Part shown: one piece after another, positions 9,936-21,071 of the stretch
How the letters are laid out: every line of letters starts with the position of its first letter
Numbering within the stretch: the first letter of the stretch is position 1
Source: a virus
Lineage: Duplodnaviria > Heunggongvirae > Uroviricota > Caudoviricetes
IMG/VR virus record: IMGVR_UViG_3300042009_000026
Span: 64,001-128,000 of that record
Reading direction: 5' to 3' (one strand)
Length of the DNA stretch: 64,000 nucleotides
Notes under the pieces: generated by a model
Databases searched by the model: none
What the model was told of the DNA's origin: nothing
The model's input: only the letters and a program-made list of their open reading frames with translations
Translations under genes and position numbers: made by a program

Positions 9936-9988
9936 CGACATAAAGGCTACCCTTCGGGGTAGCCGCTATGCCTTATTTTTTTTTTGTT
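9936..9988. terminator. Bidirectional UUCG terminator at a convergent junction
   Basis: GACATAAA-GGCTACCC-TTCG-GGGTAGCC-GCTATGCC then a T-run. Confidence 0.85.
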
Positions 9989-9991
9989 TCG

Positions 9992-12148
9992 TTACATGGT
10001 AATTGTCGGGCTATACCGGTTAGTACGCACTTTACGAGAACGTTCATCCTTAACCTGACGAATCATTGCATCGATACCAACGCCAGCTTGTTCATCCATG
10101 TTAATGTGACGGGACAATGCACGGAGTTTCAATTCGATCTTAGCCGAGACCATTGGGTTCTTCTCCCCTTTCATCTCATCAATCAATGCATCGAATTCTT
10201 TCTTAGCTTTGGATTCATTATCGTTGCGATACACTTCAACCTTAGTCAGTTCACGATCAGACAGTTGTGCCTTCGAGAAGATGATGTTAGAATTAATACC
10301 ATAGTAAGAAAGGTTCTGACCTTGGATACATACCCAGTGTGCTAGCAGCATAGAAATTACTAAGTCATCATGATTACCGCGACTGTGGTCGATACGACCA
10401 TTACGGATAGTCAATGCGAGGATCTCTGTAATCAGCAAGTTACAATGCATACGACGGGAACCATAATCCATAGAACTCGGTAGAGAAACCATGTACAATG
10501 AGTCACGTGAGTAACGACCGCTACCTGCAGTGTTGAAACCGAAGAAGCGTTTGAAACGGTCATAGAACGTAGGCGAACGAGCAGACATCGGAGTTTGGAT
10601 ATCACGGAACTCTGTTTCCAGAATAGTAGCATCATCCACAATCCGGTTAAAGATACGTTTGAATGGATCGATACCAGCCCGATGCAATGCAATCACGACA
10701 TAGTCAATAATAGCCATACCCATCGACTTACGTTCTGGAACGAATGTAATGTTAGGGTACTTGATCAGGATAGCTGCCAAGAAGGCAGACAACTGTGGAA
10801 TGTTCGTTTCATTGTATCGTCCAGTTGCAACAACGTCATGTGTTTCAACGTCGATGATAACCATACCCGTAGAGTCGTTGTCTTTACCTAAGAGTTCCGA
10901 GGGGTCGATGCCCATTAGGTAACGGCTTGCAGCCATTCGGGTTTCCATGTGTTCACGTGAGATGAACCAACGAATAGTGTAACCTTCCGGAGTGATCTCT
11001 GTCCATACAGGTTCCTTCTCGGATTCCTTAATGCGTTTCTTCTGTTCTTGTGTGATAGGTGAACCTTCACCACCAACTGTCCAGATATTGAAATAATCTC
11101 GGTCAGCGATCTCACCGTACTGTGCAGATTCCCGCAGAGTCTTGAACAACCATTCATCAGAACGTCCCAATTGTCGGTGGTTGAATGCACCGTAAATCAG
11201 AGGCTTCAGACCAGACGAAGTTTTCTCAACTACTTTGTGTAAAGTCTTTTGGTCGGCTAAGTCAAACCAGGCCTCAGTCCATGGAGCACCACCGGTCAAG
11301 AACTTGTGAGCAAACTCACCATCACGTGTAGTAATGTTACCAGCAGTTGTAGTGAACACGTTGCCGTATGGTTGGCCTTGTGCTGCAGCTTCTTCACGTG
11401 CCGCAGAACCAGATGCCAGAGCTACCGGTAGGGAAAACTCGATTAAGTTGATGTACGCTAATTCGTCGAAGTGCATGATAGGTACGGTCAAACCTCGACC
11501 GAGCTTATCTGCAGCGATCTTATCATTACGACCTACTGCCGACTTGTACTTATTACCCAGACGGATACAGGTCATCATGTCTTGGTTATCGACGTCAGCG
11601 AAATCTTTAGAATGGATATACGCTGGCAATAGATCCATCATAATCTTCAGACGTTCAATGTTCGCGTTCTTCAGCTTCGTATCTTTCGTAATCAGGTTGA
11701 TTACGGTGTTCTCACCCCAGATGTACATCATGCCGGTCATCAGTACGTCCGTAGATACAGACTTACCTGTTTGTCGAGGCTGCAGTAGTCCGAAGTCTAC
11801 GTGGTTAAAGAAAGACCAGAACAGTGCAATGTTACCTCGGTTAGCCCGGAATGGAATCGGGTTGTTACCGGAGGTAGGAGGGATTCGTGCAATCTCTCTG
11901 AAATAATACCAGGGGTTATACTTGGCTTCAAGCATAACCTTCATCTTTGTTGCATCATCCAGATTAGGGTCATATGGATCGACACCTTGGAGTTCTGGTT
12001 GGAACAAAGCTAAGCAGAAGTCAGAGTTCTTGATGCCCATCTTTTTGTAGAGGGCTACTAATTTCAAGAAAGATTCGTTTTTGGTTTTAGTGTCAGCGAT
12101 TGCAGAAGGGAACTTTTTCCAATCTTCAATAAATAAAATAGTGTTCAT
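9992..12148 (-). CDS. terL: Terminase large subunit (phiKZ gp25-like)
   Basis: Walker A QPRQTGKS, Walker B MHFDE, nuclease MGIDPS and HDDLVIS. Confidence 0.93.
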   Translation of the reverse strand: MNTILFIEDWKKFPSAIADTKTKNESFLKLVALYKKMGIKNSDFCLALFQPELQGVDPYDPNLDDATKMKVMLEAKYNPWYYFREIARIPPTSGNNPIPFRANRGNIALFWSFFNHVDFGLLQPRQTGKSVSTDVLMTGMMYIWGENTVINLITKDTKLKNANIERLKIMMDLLPAYIHSKDFADVDNQDMMTCIRLGNKYKSAVGRNDKIAADKLGRGLTVPIMHFDELAYINLIEFSLPVALASGSAAREEAAAQGQPYGNVFTTTAGNITTRDGEFAHKFLTGGAPWTEAWFDLADQKTLHKVVEKTSSGLKPLIYGAFNHRQLGRSDEWLFKTLRESAQYGEIADRDYFNIWTVGGEGSPITQEQKKRIKESEKEPVWTEITPEGYTIRWFISREHMETRMAASRYLMGIDPSELLGKDNDSTGMVIIDVETHDVVATGRYNETNIPQLSAFLAAILIKYPNITFVPERKSMGMAIIDYVVIALHRAGIDPFKRIFNRIVDDATILETEFRDIQTPMSARSPTFYDRFKRFFGFNTAGSGRYSRDSLYMVSLPSSMDYGSRRMHCNLLITEILALTIRNGRIDHSRGNHDDLVISMLLAHWVCIQGQNLSYYGINSNIIFSKAQLSDRELTKVEVYRNDNESKAKKEFDALIDEMKGEKNPMVSAKIELKLRALSRHINMDEQAGVGIDAMIRQVKDERSRKVRTNRYSPTITM

Positions 12149-12241
12149 TTTAAAGTCCTTTTGAGGGAGTGAGGCTGTAGCGGTATAAAAGATTTTGACC
12201 CCACCCCAGCTAGGATACGTGTATAAGTCATAGAATTACGG

Positions 12242-12273
12242 CATAAATGGCTACCTAATGGCAGCCACGTATG
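12242..12273 (-). terminator. Imperfect hairpin with CATA/TATG flanks after the gp26-like gene
   Basis: GGCTACC-TAAT-GGCAGCC; the minus strand continues ATTTATGCCG. Confidence 0.55.
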
Positions 12274-12278
12274 TTTTA

Positions 12279-13958
12279 TCAAACGAGTTGTTTCAGCGGT
12301 ACAGCGGTCATTGCAAGTTGCAAATCGGTACCAACAGTACGACGAATCCATTGGATGTAAACCAATTCACCGTCGTTAGTCAGATCGTTGTTTACCTTCA
12401 GAACATCGTTCCATTGGGACAGAGCGTACTCGTAAACGTTGTGCAGGAAGTGCACTCGGAAGTGAGTAGGCATTGGAGCAACTACTTCAGACTCTGGGTT
12501 GATCAGAGGCTCAGCAGCGTAGTACATCTTCTGCAACCACAGTTCCTTAGTCTGCATCCCGTTACCGAGACGGAGGTTCCATTGGTTGGTTTCAATGAAC
12601 TCAACGTTGGCTTTCAGACCACGACCATACGGTGCACCTTGATCAGGACGGAACAAGACTTCCCAATCAGCGCCGTTCATGCCAGCTTGCAGCAAGGACA
12701 CTTGAACGTTCGATACAAAGCGAACAGGCTTAAATACCCCGTCTACTTCATTGAGGTTCAATGCATACGTCAAGTCTTGGATGAAGCCATAACCTTTCGG
12801 ATCGAATGGACGGGAAGTCATACCCAGTTGAACATGCGGGGTGACATTCCAATAACGTTCACGGTCCTGGTTGTACAGCCAGAACTCCAATCGGTAGCCA
12901 ACTGTTTCGTTGACCCAAACTGGATACACGAACAGACGACATTCGTAAGCACCTTCAGCCGGAGTAGTACGAGCGATATAGCTCATGGTAATCTTACGAT
13001 CAGTGGTTGGGTTAAGACCATAAGAGATCTCATCCAATGCCAGTTGATACGTCAGAGTCATACCAAACTCTTGACCAACTTCGGTTGCTACGTAATTCCG
13101 CAGACCCAGTAATTCCATCGCACTACCATTAATAGCCTTACGATCTTTCTTACCATCACGGTAATGGACCAGGCCAGTCATTGGCAGAGATTCAACAGCT
13201 ACGTTCAGAGGGAACTCAACGATCTTAGGATCGGAGGAACTGATCCATGCGGAATCAATAGAGATACCTTTAACGTAACGTTTCGATGTGTCGGGTTGAC
13301 GAATAGCTTGAGAGTTCACAACTACCAACTGTGCTACAGAAAGCTGTTTACCATTGGCAGCGTAAGCCACCAAAGTAACCCGTTCGCCATCTGGCAGGGA
13401 TACCGAAGTATAACCGGCCATAGGTACGGTAACGCCATGTTGATAAGTAGTGCCTGGCAACATACCTGGCAGCACTGCAACTTCTACTGGAATCATTGGA
13501 CCTAAGTAGTTACCCGAACCGTCATAGTACTCAGAAATTACAGTACCGTAAGTCTCAGAGATATCGCTACCTTTAAAGACTTGGTAAGACTGAACTTCAG
13601 TACCATAAAAATGACAACGGAGGTCAGGTGTAAAAGTATGAGGTGTAACCGTTTGATCCAAGAACATACGGAAAGATTCCGAGCTGTAACCTGGACCTGT
13701 TGCAATCAATACGTTCTCTGGACCATCTGGGTCAGGAGCAACGGGATCAACCCAGAGCTCCAGTTCAGACATACCTGTGGTTTCATCCACAGACTTTACA
13801 CGGAAAACGCCTTGGTCCCAATCGCGAACAGCATCATTCACGTTGGGGATAAACTTGTTAGTTTCACCAGGGAAACTAACGATCTCCGTTCTGTTCCAAG
13901 TCCAGAACCCCCGTTGAGGGTCCAGGAAGGCAGATCGGGTAAATGGGGTGAAGGCCAT
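12279..13958 (-). CDS. Virion structural protein (phiKZ gp26-like)
   Basis: 559 aa, beta-rich; synteny terL-gp26-gp27-gp28-sheath-tube. Confidence 0.7.
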   Translation of the reverse strand: MAFTPFTRSAFLDPQRGFWTWNRTEIVSFPGETNKFIPNVNDAVRDWDQGVFRVKSVDETTGMSELELWVDPVAPDPDGPENVLIATGPGYSSESFRMFLDQTVTPHTFTPDLRCHFYGTEVQSYQVFKGSDISETYGTVISEYYDGSGNYLGPMIPVEVAVLPGMLPGTTYQHGVTVPMAGYTSVSLPDGERVTLVAYAANGKQLSVAQLVVVNSQAIRQPDTSKRYVKGISIDSAWISSSDPKIVEFPLNVAVESLPMTGLVHYRDGKKDRKAINGSAMELLGLRNYVATEVGQEFGMTLTYQLALDEISYGLNPTTDRKITMSYIARTTPAEGAYECRLFVYPVWVNETVGYRLEFWLYNQDRERYWNVTPHVQLGMTSRPFDPKGYGFIQDLTYALNLNEVDGVFKPVRFVSNVQVSLLQAGMNGADWEVLFRPDQGAPYGRGLKANVEFIETNQWNLRLGNGMQTKELWLQKMYYAAEPLINPESEVVAPMPTHFRVHFLHNVYEYALSQWNDVLKVNNDLTNDGELVYIQWIRRTVGTDLQLAMTAVPLKQLV

Positions 13959-13960
13959 CG

Positions 13961-16681
13961 TTAAGTCCTCGTGATGTAGATGGAATGTGAAAGATCCGGC
14001 ATCTCACGGAGACCCAGCTTCAGTACTCTCACAAAGAAGTCATACTGTTGGATGTCTAATCCTTGCGCTTCCGAATACCAGTGTGGATAGACCATGACAT
14101 GGTTCTTGTTGTAATCACGGTTTAAGATGTCGAAAGGTTTTAACCACTCGTATTTCTTAACAGCATTCGCAACGTCGATGTCGGTATAGAATCCATTCAC
14201 AATGGGTGGAACCAGCGTACCTTTAATCAGGTCAGTAAGAATCTTGCAAGCATACGCACTATAAACAAAGTAATGCGTTTCAATCTTATCTGAATCAGGG
14301 CGAATACGCGCAGGGAAATACTCGGTCATGTAATCGCTGACTTGTTTATCCTTAACATCATCAGCTGCACGAGCAACACCATCAGGATCATAAACATCCC
14401 GGAAGGTAACTTGTGGAGTTTGGATTTGATAAGGAGCACCATTCCGTTCATCACCAATTGTCATGTCTGCAAAGTCTTCATCAAACTCTACATCCGCAAA
14501 GTCACGGTAGTGGCCATCTACAACAATCCGTTGCATCTTGTGCGTGTGGACATCGTAAATATTGTTAGCTGATAATACACCGTATTCGACGAAGCCGAAT
14601 TCAGTAGGTTTGTGCATGGTGAATTGAGTAGAACAGAAACCGGTACCACGAATGATAACCGTGTTGATGTCGTTCAGATATTCCAAGTTGTTTAGTACGA
14701 CCTGAGTCTCTTGGAATGTAGCACCAGGGATAATGGCGTAATCAAGATCCTCTACCAAGGTACGGCCATTGCGGCCATTTTCATCTGCCAGGATTACATC
14801 CAATTGACCGAATGGAATATCCATCAGTTCTTCTGTTTCTTGACCTGACGATAATGACACGTGACGGAAGCTGAACTTGATAATGCCATCGTTCTTATTG
14901 AAACGACGGACATCCAGGAAGAAACGATTAGAACGACGAATCAAACCTTGCCACGCTGTTGCCGCTACAGTCCAACGGAAAACAGGAACATCACCTGTTT
15001 CATCTAAGAAGCCCCAATCATGACGGTTAGGTAAATCTGTGATGTCTTGCCATTCACCAGTAGGTACACTACCCCAAATAGGGTTGACATAAACTCTGAA
15101 CTCATAGCCCCCTGGAAGCTCGACAGGATTGACCCCATACACACCTTCCAAATTGTTGCTAGCGATGCCTGTGATGGCTTCTACGTATGCACAGGTACTA
15201 TTGCGCACGTAGTAACGTGAACCACCTGTGTGATAGAACCATTCTAACAGTAAACCTTGTGCATCGTACTCGAATACCGTGGCATTCTCCCAATAGCAAT
15301 AAGCTAAATCGGCAACACGGTTCGTTTGTTCCATGTACACTTTAGCTGGGTTATTTGCTAACAGGTGAGCTGACTCATGATAACCGAATACATCACCCGC
15401 AAAGTTCTGAGCTTCTTGCTTACCGGCGTTTGTTTTCGTTGGGTCTTGGAATGCGATTGGGTAGATAACATTCGGACTAGCCGACATGAATCGAACGTAA
15501 GCTGCTTTCTCCAGATTAGCTGCATGCCACAAAGGCATAGAATCAGCACCGGTCATAGCCCGGATAATGTCTGTATCTTTAAGACGATACAATTCTTGGA
15601 TACGGGAACTATCAGCAACCAATGGACGTTCGTTACCAGAACGACGATGATACATCCGGATATACATCGGATCAGACGTAGCCCATTTATCAGACGGCCA
15701 CCGAGGATCAGTGCCTACTCGTGGATCTTCTGGGTGACTAGCGATCATGGATTGAACACGACCTACTGGAATAGACCAATCTTGGTGTGTAACCTGACGC
15801 ATCCACTTGCCATCATTGTGGTGATAGCTAACGCCAGAATAACGACTTAATGCATTATTGTTTTTACACAAGAACACAGCGATGTCATCATGGAATTCAA
15901 TCGTAGTAGCTGGCTGCGCTTTAGGCATGTGGATCAGATATTTGTTCACCTCGTCCAATGTCGAAGTAAACGTCGGACTGTTCAGAAGCGGGTACTCTTG
16001 TACGCGATAGATCGAACTATCCAGAACCCACTCACAGTAATCCCCTGGTCCAGCCGTTACTAAAGAAATCTCTTGTACCAATCGACCGTTAACCCAGCAT
16101 AGTGGAAAACCACCTTTTTCAGCTAACAAGTCTTGCATCTGTACCTGGAACTGTCGGAGTTCGGCAGTTGTATTAGGACGGATGGAATGGGCTTCAATGA
16201 AATTACGAGTCGACTGGTCGGAGCGCTTGCTTTGGAAGAAAGCGTTTTGGTAAAAGTGCAGGTATGGCTGGTGTTCATCCAAATCCGGAAATAAAGGAAG
16301 GATCTTTACAGCAACCATTAAGTTTTGATTGGTGGTTAGCATTACCCAGGTTTCTGCCCGAGAATACTGAATACCACTGTCAACATAGACTTCGCCAAGC
16401 ATCTTGTGATGAATAGCTAAATTCTCTAGTGACATCCATTGGTTGTAAACCTTTGGGAGAGCCAAGTGGGATGGAACCACTTGACCGATTTGATACACAT
16501 GGAACCAATCCCGTTCAGACTCGTAAGGCAGTACATACCGCTCACCATCAACTACGTAATTACGGCGAGTACCGTAACGTGGCGTAAGTTGACGAAGCTT
16601 GTATTGAAACTGCCGATCTTGCCCGAGGTTACACCAAACGTTATCAATCGCGTAGCGCAACAGATAGTCGTTCATTGTCAT
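13961..16681 (-). CDS. Virion structural protein (phiKZ gp27-like, probable baseplate/tail component)
   Basis: 906 aa; YAIDNVWC…QDRQF N-terminus; synteny. Confidence 0.7.
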   Translation of the reverse strand: MTMNDYLLRYAIDNVWCNLGQDRQFQYKLRQLTPRYGTRRNYVVDGERYVLPYESERDWFHVYQIGQVVPSHLALPKVYNQWMSLENLAIHHKMLGEVYVDSGIQYSRAETWVMLTTNQNLMVAVKILPLFPDLDEHQPYLHFYQNAFFQSKRSDQSTRNFIEAHSIRPNTTAELRQFQVQMQDLLAEKGGFPLCWVNGRLVQEISLVTAGPGDYCEWVLDSSIYRVQEYPLLNSPTFTSTLDEVNKYLIHMPKAQPATTIEFHDDIAVFLCKNNNALSRYSGVSYHHNDGKWMRQVTHQDWSIPVGRVQSMIASHPEDPRVGTDPRWPSDKWATSDPMYIRMYHRRSGNERPLVADSSRIQELYRLKDTDIIRAMTGADSMPLWHAANLEKAAYVRFMSASPNVIYPIAFQDPTKTNAGKQEAQNFAGDVFGYHESAHLLANNPAKVYMEQTNRVADLAYCYWENATVFEYDAQGLLLEWFYHTGGSRYYVRNSTCAYVEAITGIASNNLEGVYGVNPVELPGGYEFRVYVNPIWGSVPTGEWQDITDLPNRHDWGFLDETGDVPVFRWTVAATAWQGLIRRSNRFFLDVRRFNKNDGIIKFSFRHVSLSSGQETEELMDIPFGQLDVILADENGRNGRTLVEDLDYAIIPGATFQETQVVLNNLEYLNDINTVIIRGTGFCSTQFTMHKPTEFGFVEYGVLSANNIYDVHTHKMQRIVVDGHYRDFADVEFDEDFADMTIGDERNGAPYQIQTPQVTFRDVYDPDGVARAADDVKDKQVSDYMTEYFPARIRPDSDKIETHYFVYSAYACKILTDLIKGTLVPPIVNGFYTDIDVANAVKKYEWLKPFDILNRDYNKNHVMVYPHWYSEAQGLDIQQYDFFVRVLKLGLREMPDLSHSIYITRT

Positions 16682-16687
16682 CCCCTG

Positions 16688-17623
16688 TTAAACATATTGT
16701 TCTTTAACTGCATGACCGACGAGGTCAATAAAGTTACGAATGTCGTTAGCACGACCTACCTTTTCAGCTCGCTCAGTAATTTTGGACTTACGGTATGAGC
16801 GATCGGACACTGCCGTATACAAAATGGCAATCCATGTTGGCAGATGTTCTAGTGACATACCGACGTTGTCGGAAGCATTAGTACCATACCACGATGCTTT
16901 TAATAGAACGTGGAGGTCCGCGAATTTCAACTTACCCATGCTCAATGTACGAGATTTCGTACTGAGTTCTGTAGCCAGATCTTCTGCATTTTCTAGGGCA
17001 CCAATGGTGTCCTGCATGTCTGGATCTACCAGGTTTAGAATGAAGTCAAGCGGTACTGAGGTAATGCGGGAGATGATCGGTGCGAAACGTACACGGTCAT
17101 GACCTGGCTTACGCAGTTCTGGCGACAGCATTGCTTGGTAGTACAAAGCAGCAATAACACGCAACACCATTTCAGATTCTGGACGAAGGGTGTATTTCTG
17201 TACGAGAGTACCAGAGATCCAGTCCATGAAAACTTTGGCAGGGAAATCAGTAAGGCGTGCGAAGGCACTAGCGCCGTTCAGCATTAACTTGTGAGTCAGT
17301 GCTACCCGTACGCATTGCAGTTGCCAATCGTTTGCAGCAATCAGTCGTGTCACGCCGGTGCGTTCATCGTAACGCATATACTGACGACCATCCACTACTA
17401 AACGTGGACTGCGTTCGTCGCCGAGATTTACGATGTGTGCGAAGTTCGGAATGTCGTCGTGTTCTTCACGTGGGGTCACATAACCAGTGTCGACCAGAGT
17501 TTCATTTAATACAGTTTGCATTGGCGGTAACGACAAGGTGATTTCAGCCTTGTGAATTGCACGTACATATTCTTCGGGTTTGTTCAGACGACCTAGGGTC
17601 GTTTGGTATGGCAGAATGACCAT
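16688..17623 (-). CDS. Virion protein (phiKZ gp28-like)
   Basis: MVILPYQTT start after an AAGGAG RBS (better than the TTG at 17668); synteny. Confidence 0.65.
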   Translation of the reverse strand: MVILPYQTTLGRLNKPEEYVRAIHKAEITLSLPPMQTVLNETLVDTGYVTPREEHDDIPNFAHIVNLGDERSPRLVVDGRQYMRYDERTGVTRLIAANDWQLQCVRVALTHKLMLNGASAFARLTDFPAKVFMDWISGTLVQKYTLRPESEMVLRVIAALYYQAMLSPELRKPGHDRVRFAPIISRITSVPLDFILNLVDPDMQDTIGALENAEDLATELSTKSRTLSMGKLKFADLHVLLKASWYGTNASDNVGMSLEHLPTWIAILYTAVSDRSYRKSKITERAEKVGRANDIRNFIDLVGHAVKEQYV

Positions 17624-17679
17624 TCCGTATCTCCTTTTTAGGGGGTAAAAAATAACTTCGATGGTCAATTATAATTAAT

Positions 17680-17710
17680 ATCTATGATTGACCGTTAGTT
17701 TACACTCATA
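17680..17710. promoter_or_regulatory. Candidate divergent late promoters (TATG cores)
   Basis: TATG at 17683-17686 (+) upstream of the sheath gene; CATA at 17707-17710 (TATG on -) upstream of the gp28-like gene. Confidence 0.45.
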
Positions 17711-17749
17711 ACATCGAGTTCAAAGCTCCATACTTGGGAGAAACAAAAG

Positions 17750-19846
17750 ATGTCTTATACCAACGCTGTCCCTAAGGTAACCTTTAATGGTATCCGGGAC
17801 TTGAGTCGTCGGGCGTTCCAACGGCCACCGGTCACGTTCGCTCAACATACTCCATTGCTGCGTCTCTTCACCGAGACCGGCCCAACAGAAACTACTTATG
17901 TCGGCAACGATGAAGGTGGCTTCGCAACTATCTACGGTGAAAGCTCGCTCGCTCCTCGCAGCAAGTTCTTCAACCAGCAGTCTCTTCTGGCTCTCCAGTT
18001 CCTCAGCGAAGGTAACGGCTTCTATGTGAAGCGTTTGACTCCGGAAGATGCGGGTAACTCTGCACGTATTATCGTGGCACTAGAAATGGTCCACGACTAC
18101 GTTGATCAGACGATTACGCAGCTTGGCGGCTTCAACTATCCGAATGCGGTAACTGATCTGTCGGCAAGTCCTTTGGCAGCTGGTGATAACCAAGTTGAAG
18201 GCTACCGTGCACGTATCATCCTGATTCGTGATAATGATTCGGAAGTTGGTACTCAGCGTATTCTGCCAGGTGAAATGGTTTCGACCATCGATAACTCGCA
18301 GTCGACTGTATACCCGCTATTCGAATTGCCTGCTGCTTTCTTCGGTGCTCAAGGTAACAACCTGGGTATGCGTATCTGGTGTACTTCTACAGAAGATCCA
18401 GATGGCTTCGACGAAGTGACTGCTGAGCGCTTCAAGACTCGTATGTACCGCGTTCAATTCGTGGAACTACCAGTCGTAGGTAATACCCCAGTTATCGTGA
18501 AAACTGCGATGGATGAAGATTTCGTTAACGTATCTTTCGACCAAGGCGTTTACTCCGATACCTACAACATGGACTACACTATCGACGACGTACTGATCGA
18601 TAAGTATTCTGATGACGGTTTTGAGTCTGGCTTGTCCGTTCTTTATTCCCCATTCAGTCAGTGCTATGTTTACCGTGAAAACGTTAAGCTGGTTCAGGAA
18701 TTGATCCTGGCTGCTGAACAAGCTGTTAACCCAGCAATCGCCGGCTCTGTTACCAGTGCCTCGCAAATCGACTTCCTGACTATGATCGCGGAAGACGGTG
18801 ATGCTTACCAGTCCATTCAATTGGAAGGTGCAATGGGTGGCGGTGTTACTCTCGGTAAGAATGCAACCATCTACGCTTCTGGTGGTGATGACGGTACGAC
18901 TTCTCTCGCTGAATACAACAAGCTTGTTGACATCGAGAACATGAACTTCGGTAAGCTGGGTAATGACCAGTACGAAAACATTGCACACTACCAGTTCGGC
19001 GTTCTATACGACACCGGTCTGCCAATGGAATCTAAGTTCCGTGCAATCCAGGTTCTGGCTGCTCGTAAAGACGTACAGTACTTCTTCACCACGTTCGTTG
19101 ATGGTGAGACTCGTCTCCTGTCGGCATCGGAAGAAGCTTCTCGTTGTCAAGCACTGATCACCCGTTTACAAGCTTACCCAGAATCGACTCTGTTCGGTAC
19201 CCCGGTCTGCCGAGCGATGATCTCGCTGCAAACTGGTAAGCTGATCGGTGGTGGTAATGGTCTGCCTAAGTATGTTCCTCAACTGCTGGACATCGGTGTC
19301 AAGTGGGCTCGGTATGCTGGTATGGGTACGGGTATCCTGCGTGAAGGCTTCGAGATGGACGTATCTCCGAACAACCGCGTAACACTGGTCAAAGATCAGA
19401 ACGTTAAGTTCTTCGGCGAACGTACACGTGCACAGCTGTGGGCAAACGGTGCAACTTGGTCGCAATCTTACGATCAACGTTCTCAGTACTACCCTTGCCT
19501 GCGTTCGGTTTACAAAGACGATACTTCGGTATTGCTGTCGCCGATCACAGTCAACATCTGCTGCGACCTTATCCGTCTGATCCACAAGGTTCACGCGGAC
19601 TTCTCTGGTAACGCTTTCCTGTCGAAAGAACAGTTGATCGAGCGTACAGATGAACGAATTCTGGAGCTGACTCGTGAGCGCTACGGCGATCGCGTTGATG
19701 TTATTCCTCGTTCGTACATCTCTGCCATGGACGATAACAACGGTACCAGCTGGAGCTGTGAAGTGACTGTTGCGGCTAACAACCCGCACACCACTCTGAA
19801 CTTCAACCTGACTACTATCCGTCGGGAAGCCAATACCCAGGCGTAA
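17750..19846 (+). CDS. Tail sheath protein (phiKZ gp29-like)
   Basis: 698 aa; NGIRDLS…FAQHTPL N-terminus, GGDDGT, YDTG motifs; strong codon bias. Confidence 0.88.
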   Translation: MSYTNAVPKVTFNGIRDLSRRAFQRPPVTFAQHTPLLRLFTETGPTETTYVGNDEGGFATIYGESSLAPRSKFFNQQSLLALQFLSEGNGFYVKRLTPEDAGNSARIIVALEMVHDYVDQTITQLGGFNYPNAVTDLSASPLAAGDNQVEGYRARIILIRDNDSEVGTQRILPGEMVSTIDNSQSTVYPLFELPAAFFGAQGNNLGMRIWCTSTEDPDGFDEVTAERFKTRMYRVQFVELPVVGNTPVIVKTAMDEDFVNVSFDQGVYSDTYNMDYTIDDVLIDKYSDDGFESGLSVLYSPFSQCYVYRENVKLVQELILAAEQAVNPAIAGSVTSASQIDFLTMIAEDGDAYQSIQLEGAMGGGVTLGKNATIYASGGDDGTTSLAEYNKLVDIENMNFGKLGNDQYENIAHYQFGVLYDTGLPMESKFRAIQVLAARKDVQYFFTTFVDGETRLLSASEEASRCQALITRLQAYPESTLFGTPVCRAMISLQTGKLIGGGNGLPKYVPQLLDIGVKWARYAGMGTGILREGFEMDVSPNNRVTLVKDQNVKFFGERTRAQLWANGATWSQSYDQRSQYYPCLRSVYKDDTSVLLSPITVNICCDLIRLIHKVHADFSGNAFLSKEQLIERTDERILELTRERYGDRVDVIPRSYISAMDDNNGTSWSCEVTVAANNPHTTLNFNLTTIRREANTQA

Positions 19847-19883
19847 GCCTGGGATTGTCCCCTATTAGCAAGAGGTCCATAAA

Positions 19884-20753
19884 ATGGCAAAGCGCTATTC
19901 CAACCCGTACGCTCCGCGCTCGGGCTACGGTGCCAACGCTTCTGAGAACATGATGAACTTGGCGCAAGCCGGTACGTTCGTCTTGGCTCCGGACTTGGCT
20001 AACCTGGCTTCGAACACCCCGTACGTGTCTCGTAACCTAATCGCTATTCTGTTAGAAGCTCCACGTTTCTTCCGGTATGCGGCTAACCAAAACCAACTGA
20101 TCGCTTCCCTGAAAGCACTGATCGAGAAACACTGTCGTACCATCGATGGTCTGAACCGTACAGTTACTGCAGAATTCGCTGACGCTCCTGTCGGCGGTGC
20201 TGGTGAAGTTATCTCTGCCGTTTCGAACGTTACTCGTGCTACCTCTCGTCCTTCGCTGGGCGCTTGGGAACTACAAGGTCGTACCATCCAGCACTTCCTG
20301 GAATGGTGGATTCTGTATGGCTTGGGTGATCCGAACACCAAAGTTCCATTGATTGTTTCCGATGGCATGGTCCGTCCAGAACACTACAACCAAACCTTCG
20401 CGGGTTGCACAGTACTGTTCATCGAACCAGATCCAACTATGCAGGACGTCGTATCTGCTTATCTGTGCACTAACATGCAGCCAACCACTACTGGTGATTG
20501 GTCGAACCGTAAAGACGTTTCTCAGATTGGTCAGAACCTGGAACTGACTATCGAATTCACCGCACTGACCGATACCTCTGCTGGCGTGAAACTCTACGCT
20601 CGTGAGATTCTTCAGTCGATGGACCTCAGTGGTCTGAATCCGAACGACATGCAAATGTGGACTGAGAAGATTTCTGCGGATGTACTGAACCAACGTAATG
20701 GTATCACCGATCAGCTTGCTGAAGGTGCTAACAACCGTCTTGGTATTGCCTAA
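19884..20753 (+). CDS. Tail tube protein (phiKZ gp30-like)
   Basis: 289 aa directly after the sheath; [23 protein letters not shown]. Confidence 0.8.
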   Translation: MAKRYSNPYAPRSGYGANASENMMNLAQAGTFVLAPDLANLASNTPYVSRNLIAILLEAPRFFRYAANQNQLIASLKALIEKHCRTIDGLNRTVTAEFADAPVGGAGEVISAVSNVTRATSRPSLGAWELQGRTIQHFLEWWILYGLGDPNTKVPLIVSDGMVRPEHYNQTFAGCTVLFIEPDPTMQDVVSAYLCTNMQPTTTGDWSNRKDVSQIGQNLELTIEFTALTDTSAGVKLYAREILQSMDLSGLNPNDMQMWTEKISADVLNQRNGITDQLAEGANNRLGIA

Positions 20754-20763
20754 GGAATAAGCG

Positions 20764-20940
20764 ATGGCTACTACGTCACCAACGCCTTCTACCCCAACAG
20801 GTCAGAAGGCTACAGCTGAAAAGAAACCATTCTCGGTATTCCTGGGAGTGGATGTAGCAAATGCTGGTTTCGGCTTTAATGATGACTTAGCAGCCGCCGC
20901 AGCAATGCGTAAAGCAATGCAAGGTCAACAAAAGAAGTAA
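20764..20940 (+). CDS. 58-aa protein absent from the ORF track (MATTSPTPSTPTGQK…MQGQQKK)
   Basis: Manual translation; AAGGA RBS; lies between the tube stop and a terminator. Confidence 0.65.
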   Translation: MATTSPTPSTPTGQKATAEKKPFSVFLGVDVANAGFGFNDDLAAAAAMRKAMQGQQKK

Positions 20941-20980
20941 TTGCTGCAACCACCAGTTCCTCCCAAGGTGTCAGACATTG

Positions 20981-21010
20981 CCCTTACCTTCGGGTAGGGG
21001 TTTTATGTCG
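20981..21010 (+). terminator. UUCG terminator followed by TTTTATGTCG
   Basis: CCCTTACC-TTCG-GGTAGGGG (bulged stem). Confidence 0.75.
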
Positions 21011-21014
21011 CATT

Positions 21015-21039
21015 TAAAAGATCTAGAAGACTATATTAC
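21015..21039 (+). promoter_or_regulatory. Early promoter (CTATATTAC)
   Basis: TATTAC at 21034-21039. Confidence 0.7.
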
Positions 21040-21071
21040 AATCGTGCAATCCATCCTAGGAATAATTTATT

